IMG/VR virus record: IMGVR_UViG_3300045999_013174
Reading direction: 5' to 3' (one strand)
DNA from: a virus
DNA: 64,000 nt
A program made the translations under genes and the position numbers. Below, piece after piece: positions 47,738 through 55,674 of the stretch (position 1 is the first letter of the stretch; every line of letters begins with the position of its first letter). The notes under the pieces are model-generated. The model did not search any database, was not told the DNA's origin, and was given only the letters and a program-made list of their open reading frames with translations.

Positions 47738-47806
47738 ATAAAATTTTATTTTAAGTTGAATAATTCGTTTTCAAAAGTCCCGCCCATCGCAAATCTGCAA
47801 AACGTT
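47676..47806. repeat. imperfect inverted repeat (arms about 47676-47712 and 47771-47806) bracketing the start codon at 47737
   Basis: + strand ..CTAACAGCACATTTGCAATAGGCGGGGTTTCG.. versus the reverse complement of ..AAAAGTCCCGCCCATCGCAAATCTGCAAAACGTTAGTGGC..; arms share TAAC..ATTTGC.AT.GGCGGG..TT. Confidence 0.5.
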
Positions 47807-48107
47807 AGTGGCTATTGTAGGGACGCAGCCATCCCATACGAAAACCGTGTAACATTTTTTGTGTTGTTTCTTGTTCGTTATTATCTTCCAAGTAAGTGTA
47901 ATTCTGTTTTATCCATTGACCGCTTACCAAGTCAAGAACCTCATACAAATCTTTATGCTGTAACTTGCTTACAAAAGCGATAGCATCTGTATGTGAATGT
48001 TTGTAATGCTGTTCAAATTCGGGAGAACAACAGCCGCTAACACACGTTTGGCGCAAGCGGGGCTGACGTGCAAACATCAACTTTAGTTTTTCAATTAATC
48101 TTTTCAT
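47805..48107 (-). CDS. hypothetical Cys-containing small protein
   Basis: 100-aa ORF. Start bracketed by inverted-repeat arms 48030-48068 and 48127-48170. TAAATTTG box upstream. Confidence 0.45.
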   Translation of the reverse strand: MKRLIEKLKLMFARQPRLRQTCVSGCCSPEFEQHYKHSHTDAIAFVSKLQHKDLYEVLDLVSGQWIKQNYTYLEDNNEQETTQKMLHGFRMGWLRPYNSH

Positions 48108-48170
48108 GTTATATCAAATTTAGTTTTTCAAAATCCCCGCCTGTCGCCAAGCGTGGGAGCGTTAGCAGCA
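48030..48170. repeat. imperfect inverted repeat (arms about 48030-48068 and 48127-48170) bracketing the start codon at 48107
   Basis: + strand GCCGCTAACACACGTTTGGCGCAAGCGGGGCTG versus the reverse complement of CCCCGCCTGTCGCCAAGCGTGGGAGCGTTAGCAGC. Same motif family as 47676-47806. Confidence 0.5.
48116..48123 (-). promoter_or_regulatory. -7 box TAAATTTG (minus strand) upstream of gene 47805-48107
   Basis: Minus strand reads CTAAATTTGATATAAC-ATG. Confidence 0.3.
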
Positions 48171-48173
48171 ATT

Positions 48174-48530
48174 TTAAGGCTGACGTTCATCAATATACTT
48201 TTTGCTCGACATGACACCAAATGTAAATATGTTACGAAGAGCTTTGCTAATCAAAAATCCTTCTACAATTTTCAAATCTTCACTTTCTTTAGGTATGTAA
48301 CTTTCTCTAAATATGACCTTTCCATCAACACCTACTTCAACAAACCAAGCCATTTTTCTTTCTGTTGGAATTGATTTAGTTGTGCCTATGTGCATCATTG
48401 GTAAATAATAATCAGAAGGTTTTAACCCGCTAAAAAATTCAACGGTTCTTCTTTGGTTTGTTTCTTTTCGCTCATTCAATTCCCTTTCAAGATTTGAGCA
48501 AAGGTCTTGTAAAATACGTTTCTGTTCCAT
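48174..48530 (-). CDS. hypothetical protein
   Basis: 118-aa ORF starting ATGGAACAGAAA (MEQK). Upstream intergenic region is a 100-nt imperfect palindrome. Confidence 0.45.
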   Translation of the reverse strand: MEQKRILQDLCSNLERELNERKETNQRRTVEFFSGLKPSDYYLPMMHIGTTKSIPTERKMAWFVEVGVDGKVIFRESYIPKESEDLKIVEGFLISKALRNIFTFGVMSSKKYIDERQP

Positions 48531-48540
48531 AAATAAAACT

Positions 48541-48641
48541 GCTGCTAACAGCGTGTTTATGCAAGCGGGCGGACAGCTTGCTGTTAATAATTAAGTTCGT
48601 GCTATGCCCGCCTGACATAAACACGCAAAACGTTATGTGCC
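48541..48641. repeat. 100-nt imperfect palindrome of the same family (arms 48541-48580 and 48601-48641)
   Basis: CTGCTGCTAACAGCGTGTTTATGCAAGCGGGCGGACAGC / GCTATGCCCGCCTGACATAAACACGCAAAACGTTATGTGCC. Shared core CATAAACACGC and GCGGGC. Confidence 0.5.
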
Positions 48642-48644
48642 ATT

Positions 48645-48848
48645 TTAAGACACCTTTGCAATCTCATACACTTCATCAATAAAATGATAATGTGTTGCAA
48701 ATTCTACCATTGCATCATTTAAGCTACTTGCTTCTATATATACCATCAAATCTTTACCCATACTTCGGTATTGGAATAAAAAACGGCACATAACAGCCGT
48801 TTGCTGCAATGGCGGGTTCTGTGGTGTATTTATGCTTTCGTGTTCCAT
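48645..48848 (-). CDS. small protein, MEHE-family paralog 2
   Basis: ORF track gives 48645..49037. Internal ATG at 48848 (ATGGAACACGAAAG, MEHES..) matches paralog 1 at nucleotide and protein level. A perfect palindromic terminator lies between 48848 and 48910. Confidence 0.45.
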   Translation of the reverse strand: MEHESINTPQNPPLQQTAVMCRFLFQYRSMGKDLMVYIEASSLNDAMVEFATHYHFIDEVYEIAKVS

Positions 48849-48874
48849 TGGAATTTTATTTGAGTTTTCCTGAG

Positions 48875-48900
48875 AAAAGGCTCCCCTAAGGGAGCCTTTT
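48875..48900. terminator. perfect palindromic bidirectional terminator-like hairpin
   Basis: AAAAGGCTCCC-CTAA-GGGAGCCTTTT, flanked by A- and T-runs, between two minus-strand paralog genes. Confidence 0.6.
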
Positions 48901-48909
48901 GGCTGTTTT

Positions 48910-49173
48910 CTAAAAAAGATTCCCGTTGTTCCATTTCGCCTCCGTTTTATCCGGGTCTCTGATGTACTCAAAAAGCCGGTCCAAAAGTTCGTCTTTGGTG
49001 CTGAATGCAAAAGCTTGGCATCCCACTCGGACGACAAATCCTCTGCTCAATTCCTCGATGCGCATGTCCTTGATTTTGTTTGCTGATAGGGCTCGGTCAG
49101 CTACATTTACTGGGGTCGGCTCTCGTAAAGTCTCCAAGAGCGTTCCCCCACGCCCGTCCTGTTCATGTTCCAT
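48910..49173 (-). CDS. small protein, MEHE-family paralog 3 (divergent)
   Basis: ORF track gives 48910..49206. Internal ATG at 49173 gives MEHEQDGRGG...; shares the conserved start ATGGAACA(T/C)GAA. Confidence 0.4.
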   Translation of the reverse strand: MEHEQDGRGGTLLETLREPTPVNVADRALSANKIKDMRIEELSRGFVVRVGCQAFAFSTKDELLDRLFEYIRDPDKTEAKWNNGNLF

Positions 49174-49216
49174 TATGTTAGATTTGGGTTTTACAAAGCC
49201 GCCCAAGGCTATGAAG

Positions 49217-49441
49217 TTACTGTTCGCTAAAAAGACTCAATTGGGTATACCTCCTTCTCTTTCTGCACCTGCAGTCGCGCAGCGTTACGGTATTATCAGC
49301 TATTACTTCAATCTTGTCTCCTCTTCGGAAATATCGACGCAGCCGGCGAAGCCAAGATTCGTCAGTATAACAAAGCGGCTCAGCGCATGCGGCAAAGATT
49401 GCTCCGCAGCATTTTCGTTTAACGACTTGAATCATACGCAC
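49217..49441 (-). CDS. hypothetical Cys/Arg-rich small protein
   Basis: 74-aa ORF. Confidence 0.3.
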   Translation of the reverse strand: MRMIQVVKRKCCGAIFAACAEPLCYTDESWLRRLRRYFRRGDKIEVIADNTVTLRDCRCRKRRRYTQLSLFSEQ

Positions 49442-49448
49442 TATGGTT

Positions 49449-49799
49449 TTAATGAGGCCCTATTGGGTCTCCGTTTGGGTTACAGCGAAGTAGTCCAGGT
49501 ATGATATCGGGGCGAAAAAACAACTCCCTACCACAATTGCTGCATTTGTACTCGTAAAGCGTTTGTATTATCTGCCTGTCCGGAAGCTTCGTTTGGTGTC
49601 TGTTTACAAACGACTTACTATGAACAAGCTCGTTACCGCAGTCGCAAAAAACCATTGTATGCCATTTCCCGTCCACGTCAATGACCTTCCCTTTGTGGTA
49701 TCTGCGAATATCCATCCATTCTCCGTCAACATTTACAAAGGTTTTGCTGGGCCAAAGGCTTCTGAACCATTTGTGTTTTGCAAGATTTATCATAGTCAT
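49449..49799 (-). CDS. zinc-ribbon protein
   Basis: 116 aa with CDCG..(24 aa)..CSNCG, the spacing of a Cys4 zinc ribbon. Confidence 0.4.
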   Translation of the reverse strand: MTMINLAKHKWFRSLWPSKTFVNVDGEWMDIRRYHKGKVIDVDGKWHTMVFCDCGNELVHSKSFVNRHQTKLPDRQIIQTLYEYKCSNCGRELFFRPDIIPGLLRCNPNGDPIGPH

Positions 49800-50206
49800 C
49801 AGGGGTTTTCCACAGACGGAGTGGAGGTTATAAGACCTGGGTTGTAAAGAGCATTGTGAAGCATCCCTTTTATCCTTAAAGGGTCTGCTAAAGCAGAAAA
49901 TATATGCTCAACCTTTACCGAGCCTTTTCTTGTATCTGTAACGGCAAGGATAACATACTCGCTTGACCCTAAAATTGAGTTAAGCGCATCTATCTTATCA
50001 AGCGGAAATGGAAACATAAGCTCAACCTCGTTTGAGAGAAACCCAATGTCGCCCGAGTGGCCATAAGGCCTTACGAAAACAAAGTCTCCATCGGAAATCG
50101 TCACAACTCCGAGGTCATTTTTCTTTAGCTTTCGCCCACTGGAGAGCTTGTGCCCCTTGTAGCTTCCGGTAATCTTTACAATGTCGAATGGCTTGTATGC
50201 GCTCAT
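49799..50206 (-). CDS. hypothetical protein
   Basis: 135-aa ORF; start overlaps the stop of the upstream gene. Confidence 0.4.
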   Translation of the reverse strand: MSAYKPFDIVKITGSYKGHKLSSGRKLKKNDLGVVTISDGDFVFVRPYGHSGDIGFLSNEVELMFPFPLDKIDALNSILGSSEYVILAVTDTRKGSVKVEHIFSALADPLRIKGMLHNALYNPGLITSTPSVENP

Positions 50207-51003
50207 TAGTTCAAAATTATTGGGGTTCGACCATCGGTGATAATCACTTTGTTGTTGGTTGTTTTTATGGCCTCAATCCACTGCTGCTGAAGAATTTCTT
50301 TGGTTAATCCCGAAGACTCCACCCTGTTTCTCTCAGCGTCAATACGAGCCTTCTCGAGCAGCATCTTCGATGTGGCAAGCTGGTTCTCCACGGTTGCAGC
50401 TTCCTGGATGGCGTTGTTCTTTTTCTCAATCGCCTGAAGCATAGAAGTCGAGGGTTTAATACCCGAGGTAAGGTCGCCCATGTCAAAGTGTTTTACATTG
50501 AATTCGGTCTTAAGCCTTAGTTCAACGGCTGACTCCAGTGACCTGATGTTATACAGAAGACTGTCGTTTGTGAATCGACTCGCCTCTTCTCGGTAGGCAT
50601 TCAGCACAAGCCGGTTAAGGATGCCCTTTTCGATATTGTCCATAAAGGCTTCGCCTGTTCCAAACTGCTTGTATGAGAAAACGATATCGACACCCTTGCC
50701 GCGCATCGCGCTGTATGTGTATGTGGGGTCTACCGTGAACCGGCCACCGTCTTTGGTAACAATCTCCATCGCCTCAGGGTCTGCAGATTGCTCAAACATC
50801 GGAACTTGATAAAGTTCAGACCCGGGGCCAAGTATACCTTGACTTCCGGTTACCAAGGAGAAGTCGCCCTTGCCATTTCTTCCGTATTTCTTCATCAGGA
50901 CACCCTCATAATTCGGGGCCACTGAGTTGCAGGATGTGCATGATTGTAAAATCATTAGGCCATACACGGCAATTGCGGTCAATAAGAATTTAGTTGCTTT
51001 CAT
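50206..51003 (-). CDS. SPFH/Band-7 (prohibitin/stomatin-like) domain lipoprotein
   Basis: Signal peptide plus Cys (MKATKFLLTAIAVYGLMILQSC) typical of lipoproteins. Central domain and the C-terminal ..QQQWIEAIKTTNNKVIITDGRTPIIL resemble SPFH family proteins (HflC/prohibitin-type ending). Confidence 0.55.
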   Translation of the reverse strand: MKATKFLLTAIAVYGLMILQSCTSCNSVAPNYEGVLMKKYGRNGKGDFSLVTGSQGILGPGSELYQVPMFEQSADPEAMEIVTKDGGRFTVDPTYTYSAMRGKGVDIVFSYKQFGTGEAFMDNIEKGILNRLVLNAYREEASRFTNDSLLYNIRSLESAVELRLKTEFNVKHFDMGDLTSGIKPSTSMLQAIEKKNNAIQEAATVENQLATSKMLLEKARIDAERNRVESSGLTKEILQQQWIEAIKTTNNKVIITDGRTPIILN

Positions 51004-51214
51004 TTTGGTTTTTTGTTTTTGTTTGGGTTTTGGATTTTGATGTTTCGCTGAAAAAAATCTGCTTGTAAGGAAGGGCTATCAGGGAGACGGTCAAGACTAC
51101 AAGTATCGCCCATGCCAACAATGGGTACGGAGACTGAAATACCTCTATAATACCCATGCAGATTACAAAAAGTGCTGCAAGCATGAGCACTGCGGTTATT
51201 GCTTTCTTTTTCAT
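50990..51214 (-). CDS. small integral membrane protein (possible NfeD-like partner of the SPFH protein)
   Basis: 74 aa with two hydrophobic helices. Overlaps the SPFH gene start by 14 nt (operon). Confidence 0.4.
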   Translation of the reverse strand: MKKKAITAVLMLAALFVICMGIIEVFQSPYPLLAWAILVVLTVSLIALPYKQIFFSETSKSKTQTKTKNQNESN

Positions 51215-51215
51215 T

Positions 51216-51518
51216 TTAGTCGTGGTTCATTAAGAAAATGTTCTTGTTCTTCTTGCGCTCCTCGAGCACCTTTTGAAGCTTCTTTTTGTTGGGGTCTAAG
51301 GATTTGTACCCAATAACCGAAAGAGCATCCTCTATACGGGTGAGAATTTTTACTCCAAAATTCTTCCTCCCGCTCATGAATTTGCTCATGTCAGCCTTGT
51401 GTACATTAGCCCTTCGGCGCAACTCAGAAGTCGAAAGAAGGGTATTTTGGGAGAGGTATAACCTCAGCCTTGCGTTCCATTCATCAAGGCGCTTTCGTTG
51501 CGTGTTGTTCATTCTCAT
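51216..51518 (-). CDS. helix-turn-helix (XRE-like) transcriptional regulator
   Basis: LSTSELRRRANVHKADMSKFMSGRKNFGVKILTRIEDAL fits HTH_XRE architecture. Confidence 0.55.
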   Translation of the reverse strand: MRMNNTQRKRLDEWNARLRLYLSQNTLLSTSELRRRANVHKADMSKFMSGRKNFGVKILTRIEDALSVIGYKSLDPNKKKLQKVLEERKKNKNIFLMNHD

Positions 51519-52255
51519 GGCATTGCAGAATTGGCTATAAACCCTGCTCCAAAAAGGGCTGCAGCGCCCAGTATTTTAACACCTAATGGGACTTTCTTTT
51601 TCCCTCTTACGGTGTATTCCCGGAAGCTTATCGCTTCGTAATATGGGCTCTCTATAGAAACCCTTACAACGGGGCTTTGCCTCTTAAAAGACAGCGGTTT
51701 TCTTGGTGTAACATCATCAATCTGCACTTGCCCTGTGCTCAAATTTAGGGTGTCAATTAGTATTCCTGGGCCAATTGGCGACTTCACAATTGAGCCTCTA
51801 AGGTCAAACCACAGGCTGTCCTTATAAGCGAATCGTGCCGGCGTAGGAATACATGCTGTATCGGTTGAAGCAAGGCCTCCTGTGTCTATGGGAATAAACA
51901 CGCTGTCTACCGAAGCTTTAAGGCTCATCATGACAGAACGTTCAAGGTTTTTGTATCGCCTCGCCTCAGCTCCTAACCTTTGCTTAAAGTCTTCCGAAGC
52001 GGATTTCTCAGACACAATCAGCCTCTCAAGCTCATACACCTTGCGCCCCGAAGCCTCGACTTTAACAAAGGCGTCGGCGGCCGACACCTCCGCTGATATA
52101 GCCCTTTGCTCAGCCTCTTCTAATGAGGCTTCAAGAGACCGATTTGCGATGCCACCGAGCCACTCGGAATAAATAAACCCTAAAAGGACGCCAATGGCAA
52201 TTCCGGCGGCAATTAAGGCAGCTCGCTCCATGGACTTAAAAGTCTGACTGGTCAT
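51515..52255 (-). CDS. membrane-anchored coiled-coil protein
   Basis: 246 aa. N-terminal TM helix (AALIAAGIAIGVLLGFIY) followed by a charged helical region. Confidence 0.4.
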   Translation of the reverse strand: MTSQTFKSMERAALIAAGIAIGVLLGFIYSEWLGGIANRSLEASLEEAEQRAISAEVSAADAFVKVEASGRKVYELERLIVSEKSASEDFKQRLGAEARRYKNLERSVMMSLKASVDSVFIPIDTGGLASTDTACIPTPARFAYKDSLWFDLRGSIVKSPIGPGILIDTLNLSTGQVQIDDVTPRKPLSFKRQSPVVRVSIESPYYEAISFREYTVRGKKKVPLGVKILGAAALFGAGFIANSAMP

Positions 52256-53210
52256 AATAAAGCCCTATTGTTGGTTGCCCAAGTTCAAGAACACCTTCAT
52301 AGAGTCGGCGCTTTTTGGGATTACTGCCGTATTCGCTAAAGAACAGTGACACGCGAGACTTGATATTCAAGTCCATAACCTTGTCTGTTTGCTCTGTCAG
52401 TAAAAACGAAGGCTCGGTCCGCCACTCTTTAGGAGACCAATTGAACAGCTTAACAGGGAATTCATCGCAAAGCTCCGGGTAGTGCTCACGGAACAGCATT
52501 TCCGCCATCTTTAGCTGCAATTCATTGTCTCTGTAAAACCCATGGCGGCCGCTCTTAAAGTCGACAAGACCGATTACCCGAACATCATTATAGGACTCCT
52601 TCATGGAGCCTTTCTGCGGGCCAGTCTTGTAGACCTCGCCCCAATACCCTTTGACCCTTAAGGTCATCTTGCAGGGCATATCAAGCGTTCCGGCAAATCC
52701 AAGGTTCGCGCTGGCTAATGGCAACTCTAGAGCCAAGGGCTCAACTTGGTATTCATTAAAGAACGCACAGAAGGACAGCAGGTCGGAATAAGTATCCTGC
52801 TCAAACTTAAAGAAGACCTTATGGTTAAACCCTCGGTTGTTCATTCCGATGTCGTCCACAACCTCCCTCTCAAATGGAATCTTTACAGATTTATTCCTGA
52901 TGAAATACCCGATGATAATGTGGAGGTTGGTTCCGTAGTCTGCCCGTTCCTCAAGGTACGCTCCCCACGCCTCTTTCCCCATCTGAATCATCTTGTCGAT
53001 TATAAAAGGGGAAAGCGGGGAGGTGTTCCTTATTATGGTGGTGATTGATGGGAGGACGATTGGCTCTGACTCTTCATCGCTATCTTTGCTCCTTACCATA
53101 TAATGCCTTCCGGATTCCGCAGAGACGCGGGATATGTAATAGGGAGGCGTTTTGATTACTGCTTCGTCAATATAGTCCGGCAGTAAGAGTTCAAGTTGTT
53201 GTTCTGTCAT
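52236..53210 (-). CDS. putative PD-(D/E)xK nuclease (exonuclease-like)
   Basis: 324 aa with ..GFAGTLD.. and ..VIGLVDFKSG.. resembling motifs II/III of PD-(D/E)xK nucleases (YqaJ/lambda-Exo-like). Adjacent to SSB and NinB-like genes. Confidence 0.35.
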   Translation of the reverse strand: MTEQQLELLLPDYIDEAVIKTPPYYISRVSAESGRHYMVRSKDSDEESEPIVLPSITTIIRNTSPLSPFIIDKMIQMGKEAWGAYLEERADYGTNLHIIIGYFIRNKSVKIPFEREVVDDIGMNNRGFNHKVFFKFEQDTYSDLLSFCAFFNEYQVEPLALELPLASANLGFAGTLDMPCKMTLRVKGYWGEVYKTGPQKGSMKESYNDVRVIGLVDFKSGRHGFYRDNELQLKMAEMLFREHYPELCDEFPVKLFNWSPKEWRTEPSFLLTEQTDKVMDLNIKSRVSLFFSEYGSNPKKRRLYEGVLELGQPTIGLYYDQSDF

Positions 53211-53255
53211 GTTAAAAGGGGGTTAAAGCCCCTCCCGTGAGGAAGGGGCTGTTTG

Positions 53256-54005
53256 TTAAAATGGAAGGTCATCGTCCTCTCCGCCCATAAGAGGCGGCGG
53301 TTCTGTTGCTTGGGCTGCGCTCGCCTGGGCGCGAGCCCTCTCAATGGCTCCTACTTTGAAGGACTCATTTTCGCTTGGCGGCTGCTGCGCAGGAGGCTGA
53401 GAGGGCTGCTCTTCATTGGGAGCCTCTGAGGCGGGAGCCGGCGAAGGCGAGCCTGTAGAGCCGAATTTCGCAGTAAGGTTGTCGATTACCGTATGGAAAA
53501 AATCCACAACGGCAGAGTCGTCAACAACCTTCTTCTTGCCTACCATCCCGATTTCGGGGCGGGGGATTTCGTTTACTGGGATAGCCCAGTCAACCCTGTT
53601 GCCCTCAGACTCCACATAAGCTGAGGCATAAAACTTACCATCATTCTTTGATTGGCGCGAATAAACGCGAATACGTACAGGTTTGCTTTTATCAAGCGAA
53701 AGCAAGCTGTTCAAAATAGAATACGTCAAGGAGTTGTAGGTCGCCTCCACTTGGAATTTTTTGGTTGGCTCTTGGTCATCTACGAATTTAACCCTTACGG
53801 AGTAAATTGGATTCCCTTGCCATTCCCCCTCCTTGCGGGAAACACCGATAACATACCCGGAAACTTGGTCGAAGCGACCATCTGTTCCCCATTTACCATC
53901 TGCACCCTTGACAGCTAATGTGAAAAAAGGCGAGTTCGATTCATCAGTCTTAGCATTAAGCTTAAGATAATCAATCTGTTCAGAATTTGAATTTGAATAA
54001 CCCAT
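53256..54005 (-). CDS. ssb: single-stranded DNA-binding protein
   Basis: 249 aa. Pro/Gln/Ala-rich flexible tail ending with the canonical SSB acidic tip DDDLPF. Confidence 0.7.
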   Translation of the reverse strand: MGYSNSNSEQIDYLKLNAKTDESNSPFFTLAVKGADGKWGTDGRFDQVSGYVIGVSRKEGEWQGNPIYSVRVKFVDDQEPTKKFQVEATYNSLTYSILNSLLSLDKSKPVRIRVYSRQSKNDGKFYASAYVESEGNRVDWAIPVNEIPRPEIGMVGKKKVVDDSAVVDFFHTVIDNLTAKFGSTGSPSPAPASEAPNEEQPSQPPAQQPPSENESFKVGAIERARAQASAAQATEPPPLMGGEDDDLPF

Positions 54006-54025
54006 TGGTTTAAGATTAGAGTTGC

Positions 54026-54033
54026 AAAGTTAG
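54026..54033 (-). promoter_or_regulatory. -7 box TAACTTTG (minus strand) upstream of ssb
   Basis: Minus strand reads CTAACTTTGCAACTCTAATCTTAAACCA-ATG. Confidence 0.3.
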
Positions 54034-54061
54034 ACAAAAACCCACTAACGTAGGTCGTTAA

Positions 54062-54544
54062 TTATAAACAATCCGAACTTGGCTCGGGTATTATCCAGTC
54101 CATATTAAGTTCATAATACTGACGGATAGCCTCGAGCCTTTCTCCGAATTCTTTGGTGTTGTAGAGCGTCGTTGAGGTTGGGATATTAATCGTCTCTCCG
54201 GTCGCTCCATTGAAGATTGTCACACAGAAAAAATTCGCCTTATTGAACTCATGCATCTGCTGCTTTGATAGTTGTAGCCCGTGCCTTTCCTTGTGCGCTT
54301 TAATCTGCTCTGCGACAACAACGCCATAGTAATAGGCGTTTTGAGCAAGGGAGCGCTTATCGCTATCAAAAACGCTAAGTTCCATCACCAATGTAGAGCC
54401 TTTGAATTGCGATACGAATTCATTAAAAGCCTTTCTGTTGATGATTTTAGCAACCCCCGTGTCGCTATCGACACGGAGGAAGAATCTGTTCTGAAAGCTT
54501 GACAGCTCCTTAATCGACCTCATTGGCATCAGGCTTAAGCTCAA
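54062..54544 (-). CDS. NinB/Orf-like recombination mediator
   Basis: 160 aa. SDKRSLAQNAYYYGVV resembles the lambda Orf (NinB) core ERNRSLDQNRKLWACLGDV, from memory of the family. Confidence 0.45.
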   Translation of the reverse strand: MSLSLMPMRSIKELSSFQNRFFLRVDSDTGVAKIINRKAFNEFVSQFKGSTLVMELSVFDSDKRSLAQNAYYYGVVVAEQIKAHKERHGLQLSKQQMHEFNKANFFCVTIFNGATGETINIPTSTTLYNTKEFGERLEAIRQYYELNMDWIIPEPSSDCL

Positions 54545-55310
54545 GCTGGCGGGCTGGAAGTTTGTTCAAGATATTAATCTTTCGCTCAGCGAAAACCTCG
54601 CTACGAACTTCTGAATAGAGGCTGTTTGAGAGAATGTTCTTAACAGTGCTACCGTACCACGTTTTGTTCCTCTTGGAAGGAATACCCCTACGGGAAAGTT
54701 CGGTGGCGATATACCCCTGCCCGCGCCCATTAAGGGACATAGAGATTATCTCTTTGATGATTTTAATCTCCCCTTCGTGGCGAACAAGGTTACCATCGGC
54801 GTCTGAGACGAATCCATAAGGGTCTTTGCTGTACTTTTTGCGTGACCGCTTAAGCTGCGCCATAGCATCGGAGGTTCGCTCTGAAATACGGGCTGATTCA
54901 AATACGGCAAAGGAGAGCATGAGCGTAAAAAGTAGCCGGCCCGTAGAGGATTGCGTATTGACAATGTTGCCGGCGACATCCGTTGTGTAAAGGCTAATGC
55001 CTTTTGAAGACCATTCATCGACAGTTGTCAAGCCGTCAACATCATTACGAAAAACGCGGTCAACCCGAAGTCCTATAACCCCTACAACATCGGGGTTTTC
55101 GCTAAGATATTCAAGCATCTTGCCGCCCTCGGGCCTCTCTTTAAGAGGTTTGCGCCCGGAAACATCGCTGTCGGCAAAGATTTTTACAGGGAAAACATTA
55201 AGGAACTGGCAAAAGCTGTAAATCTTTTGGTGCTGAACCTCTGTGGATAGGTCTTGGTCGTCAGTGCTTACCCGTATGTAAGCAACAACTTTTTTGATTG
55301 GCTCAATCAT
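54510..55310 (-). CDS. serine recombinase (resolvase/invertase family; possible integrase)
   Basis: N-terminal VVAYIRVSTDDQ catalytic-serine motif, then VIGLRVDRVFRN. 266 aa, shorter than typical large serine integrases. Confidence 0.8.
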   Translation of the reverse strand: MIEPIKKVVAYIRVSTDDQDLSTEVQHQKIYSFCQFLNVFPVKIFADSDVSGRKPLKERPEGGKMLEYLSENPDVVGVIGLRVDRVFRNDVDGLTTVDEWSSKGISLYTTDVAGNIVNTQSSTGRLLFTLMLSFAVFESARISERTSDAMAQLKRSRKKYSKDPYGFVSDADGNLVRHEGEIKIIKEIISMSLNGRGQGYIATELSRRGIPSKRNKTWYGSTVKNILSNSLYSEVRSEVFAERKINILNKLPARQLELKPDANEVD

Positions 55311-55411
55311 AAGTCAAAGGGTTAAAAGGAAAAGTGAAAAAAGGATTGAAAAAAACATTATCAGAAAGGCTGCCAGCCAATAAAGTATAAAGGCCAGCAG
55401 CCAGCGTGTGC

Positions 55412-55672
55412 TTAAACCGGCATCTTGTTCCATTGCCGTAGCGCTTTAGTTATCGCCCATGTTAACTCTGAGGCGTCAAGGTCGTCTCCCTTTATGGGGA
55501 GCTCTATCATTCGAGAGCCTTTTGTATCCTGCAATTGAATACTAATGGAATCCTTAGAATTCCATTTCTCCCTGGACTCTATGTGGATAGCAAATACAGG
55601 GCAGGTGTCTTTCTCGGGATGGCTTGGGTATGGCGGTGCACTTGCTCCGCCCTGACTTAAAAGCTTTACCAT
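55412..55672 (-). CDS. hypothetical protein
   Basis: 86-aa ORF. Confidence 0.35.
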   Translation of the reverse strand: MVKLLSQGGASAPPYPSHPEKDTCPVFAIHIESREKWNSKDSISIQLQDTKGSRMIELPIKGDDLDASELTWAITKALRQWNKMPV

Positions 55673-55674
55673 GA

